A stretch of 64,000 nucleotides of DNA from Squalus acanthias (Eukaryota): the NCBI GenBank assembly GCA_030390025.1, contig JASTWF010000325.1, positions 62,001-126,000 on the forward strand. Reading direction: 5' to 3'. A model generated the notes under the pieces. The model saw nothing but the letters and a program-made list of their open reading frames with translations. It did no database searches and was not told the DNA's origin. Numbering within the stretch: the stretch's first letter is position 1; every line of letters starts with the position of its first letter. Below are positions 63,301 to 64,000 of the stretch, one piece after another. Made by a program: the position numbers and the translations under genes.

Positions 63301-64000
63301 CTGGACAGTGTATATAGATTGTACCTGGACAGTGTATATAGATTGTACCTGGACAGTGTATATTGATTGTACCTGGACAGTGTATATAGATTGTACCTGG
63401 ACAGTGTATATTGATTGTACCTGGACAGTGTATATAGATTGTACCTGGACAGTGTATATAGATTGTACCTGACAGTGTATATTGATTGTACCTGGACAGT
63501 GTATATAGATTGTACCTGGACAGTGTATATAGATTGTACCTGGACAGTGTATATTGATTGTACCTGGACAGTGTATATAGATTGTACCTGGACAGTGTAT
63601 ATTGATTGTACCTGGACAGTGTATATAGATTGTACCTGGACAGTGTATATTGATTGTACCTGGACAGTGTATATTGATTGTACCTGGACAGTGTATATAG
63701 ATTGTACCTGGACAGTGTATATAGATTGTACCTGGACAGTGTATATAGATTGTACCTGGACAGTGTATATTGATTGTACCTGGACAGTGTATATAGATTG
63801 TACCTGGACAGTGTATATAGATTGTACCTGGACAGTGTATATTGATTGTACCTGGACAGTGTATATAGATTGTACCTGGACAGTGTATATAGATTGTACC
63901 TGGACAGTGTATATAGATTGTACCTGGACAGTGTATATAGATTGTACCTGGACAGTGTATATTGATTGTACCTGGACAGTGTATATAGATTGTACCTGGA
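42311..64000. repeat. >21.6-kb 24-bp satellite, consensus GATTGTACCTGGACAGTGTATAT[A/T], running off the window end
   Basis: Directly visible 24-bp periodicity, about 900 monomers. The first monomer at ~42311-42330 is degenerate. Confidence 0.98.

Noticed and set aside
42326..63472. ORFs up to 1792 aa of IHCPGTIY / YTLSRYNL / QSIYTVQV / IDCTWTVY repeats (metal-binding or solenoid-like look)
   Set aside because: They follow from a stop-free 24-bp unit. They are open in several frames on both strands, are broken by random 1-nt indels and have no unique N- or C-terminal domain.
42330..64000. CRISPR-like array
   Set aside because: Monomers are head-to-tail with no unique spacers. The context is eukaryotic and there are no cas genes.

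Overview
This is a repeat-dominated vertebrate window. The repeat families suggest a cartilaginous fish, but that is an inference. I cannot support any intact host protein-coding gene. Bases 1-15.4 kb are a stack of nested transposons. A compact CsRn1-clade Ty3/Gypsy element (1066-5409; two LTRs, GTAT TSD, tRNA-Trp PBS, CHCC Gag) sits inside a CR1 LINE. That CR1 truncates a decayed PIF/Harbinger transposase, which itself carries a short TSD-flanked insertion. A near-full-length CR1 with an SGNH-esterase ORF1 follows, with an L2 inserted in its tail. Bases 16.6-35.8 kb are a ~19-kb GC/CpG-rich modular 23+10-bp satellite with G-quadruplex motifs and higher-order repeats, bracketed closely by a strong splice donor and an acceptor. 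Bases 35.8-42.3 kb hold promoter-like unique DNA, LINE fragments, a 44-bp minisatellite and Harbinger remnants. From 42.3 kb to the end is a >21-kb 24-bp satellite with 1008-bp and ~4127-bp higher-order units that fade into a two-state A/T array. Nearly all long ORFs beyond 16.5 kb are by-products of the repeats.
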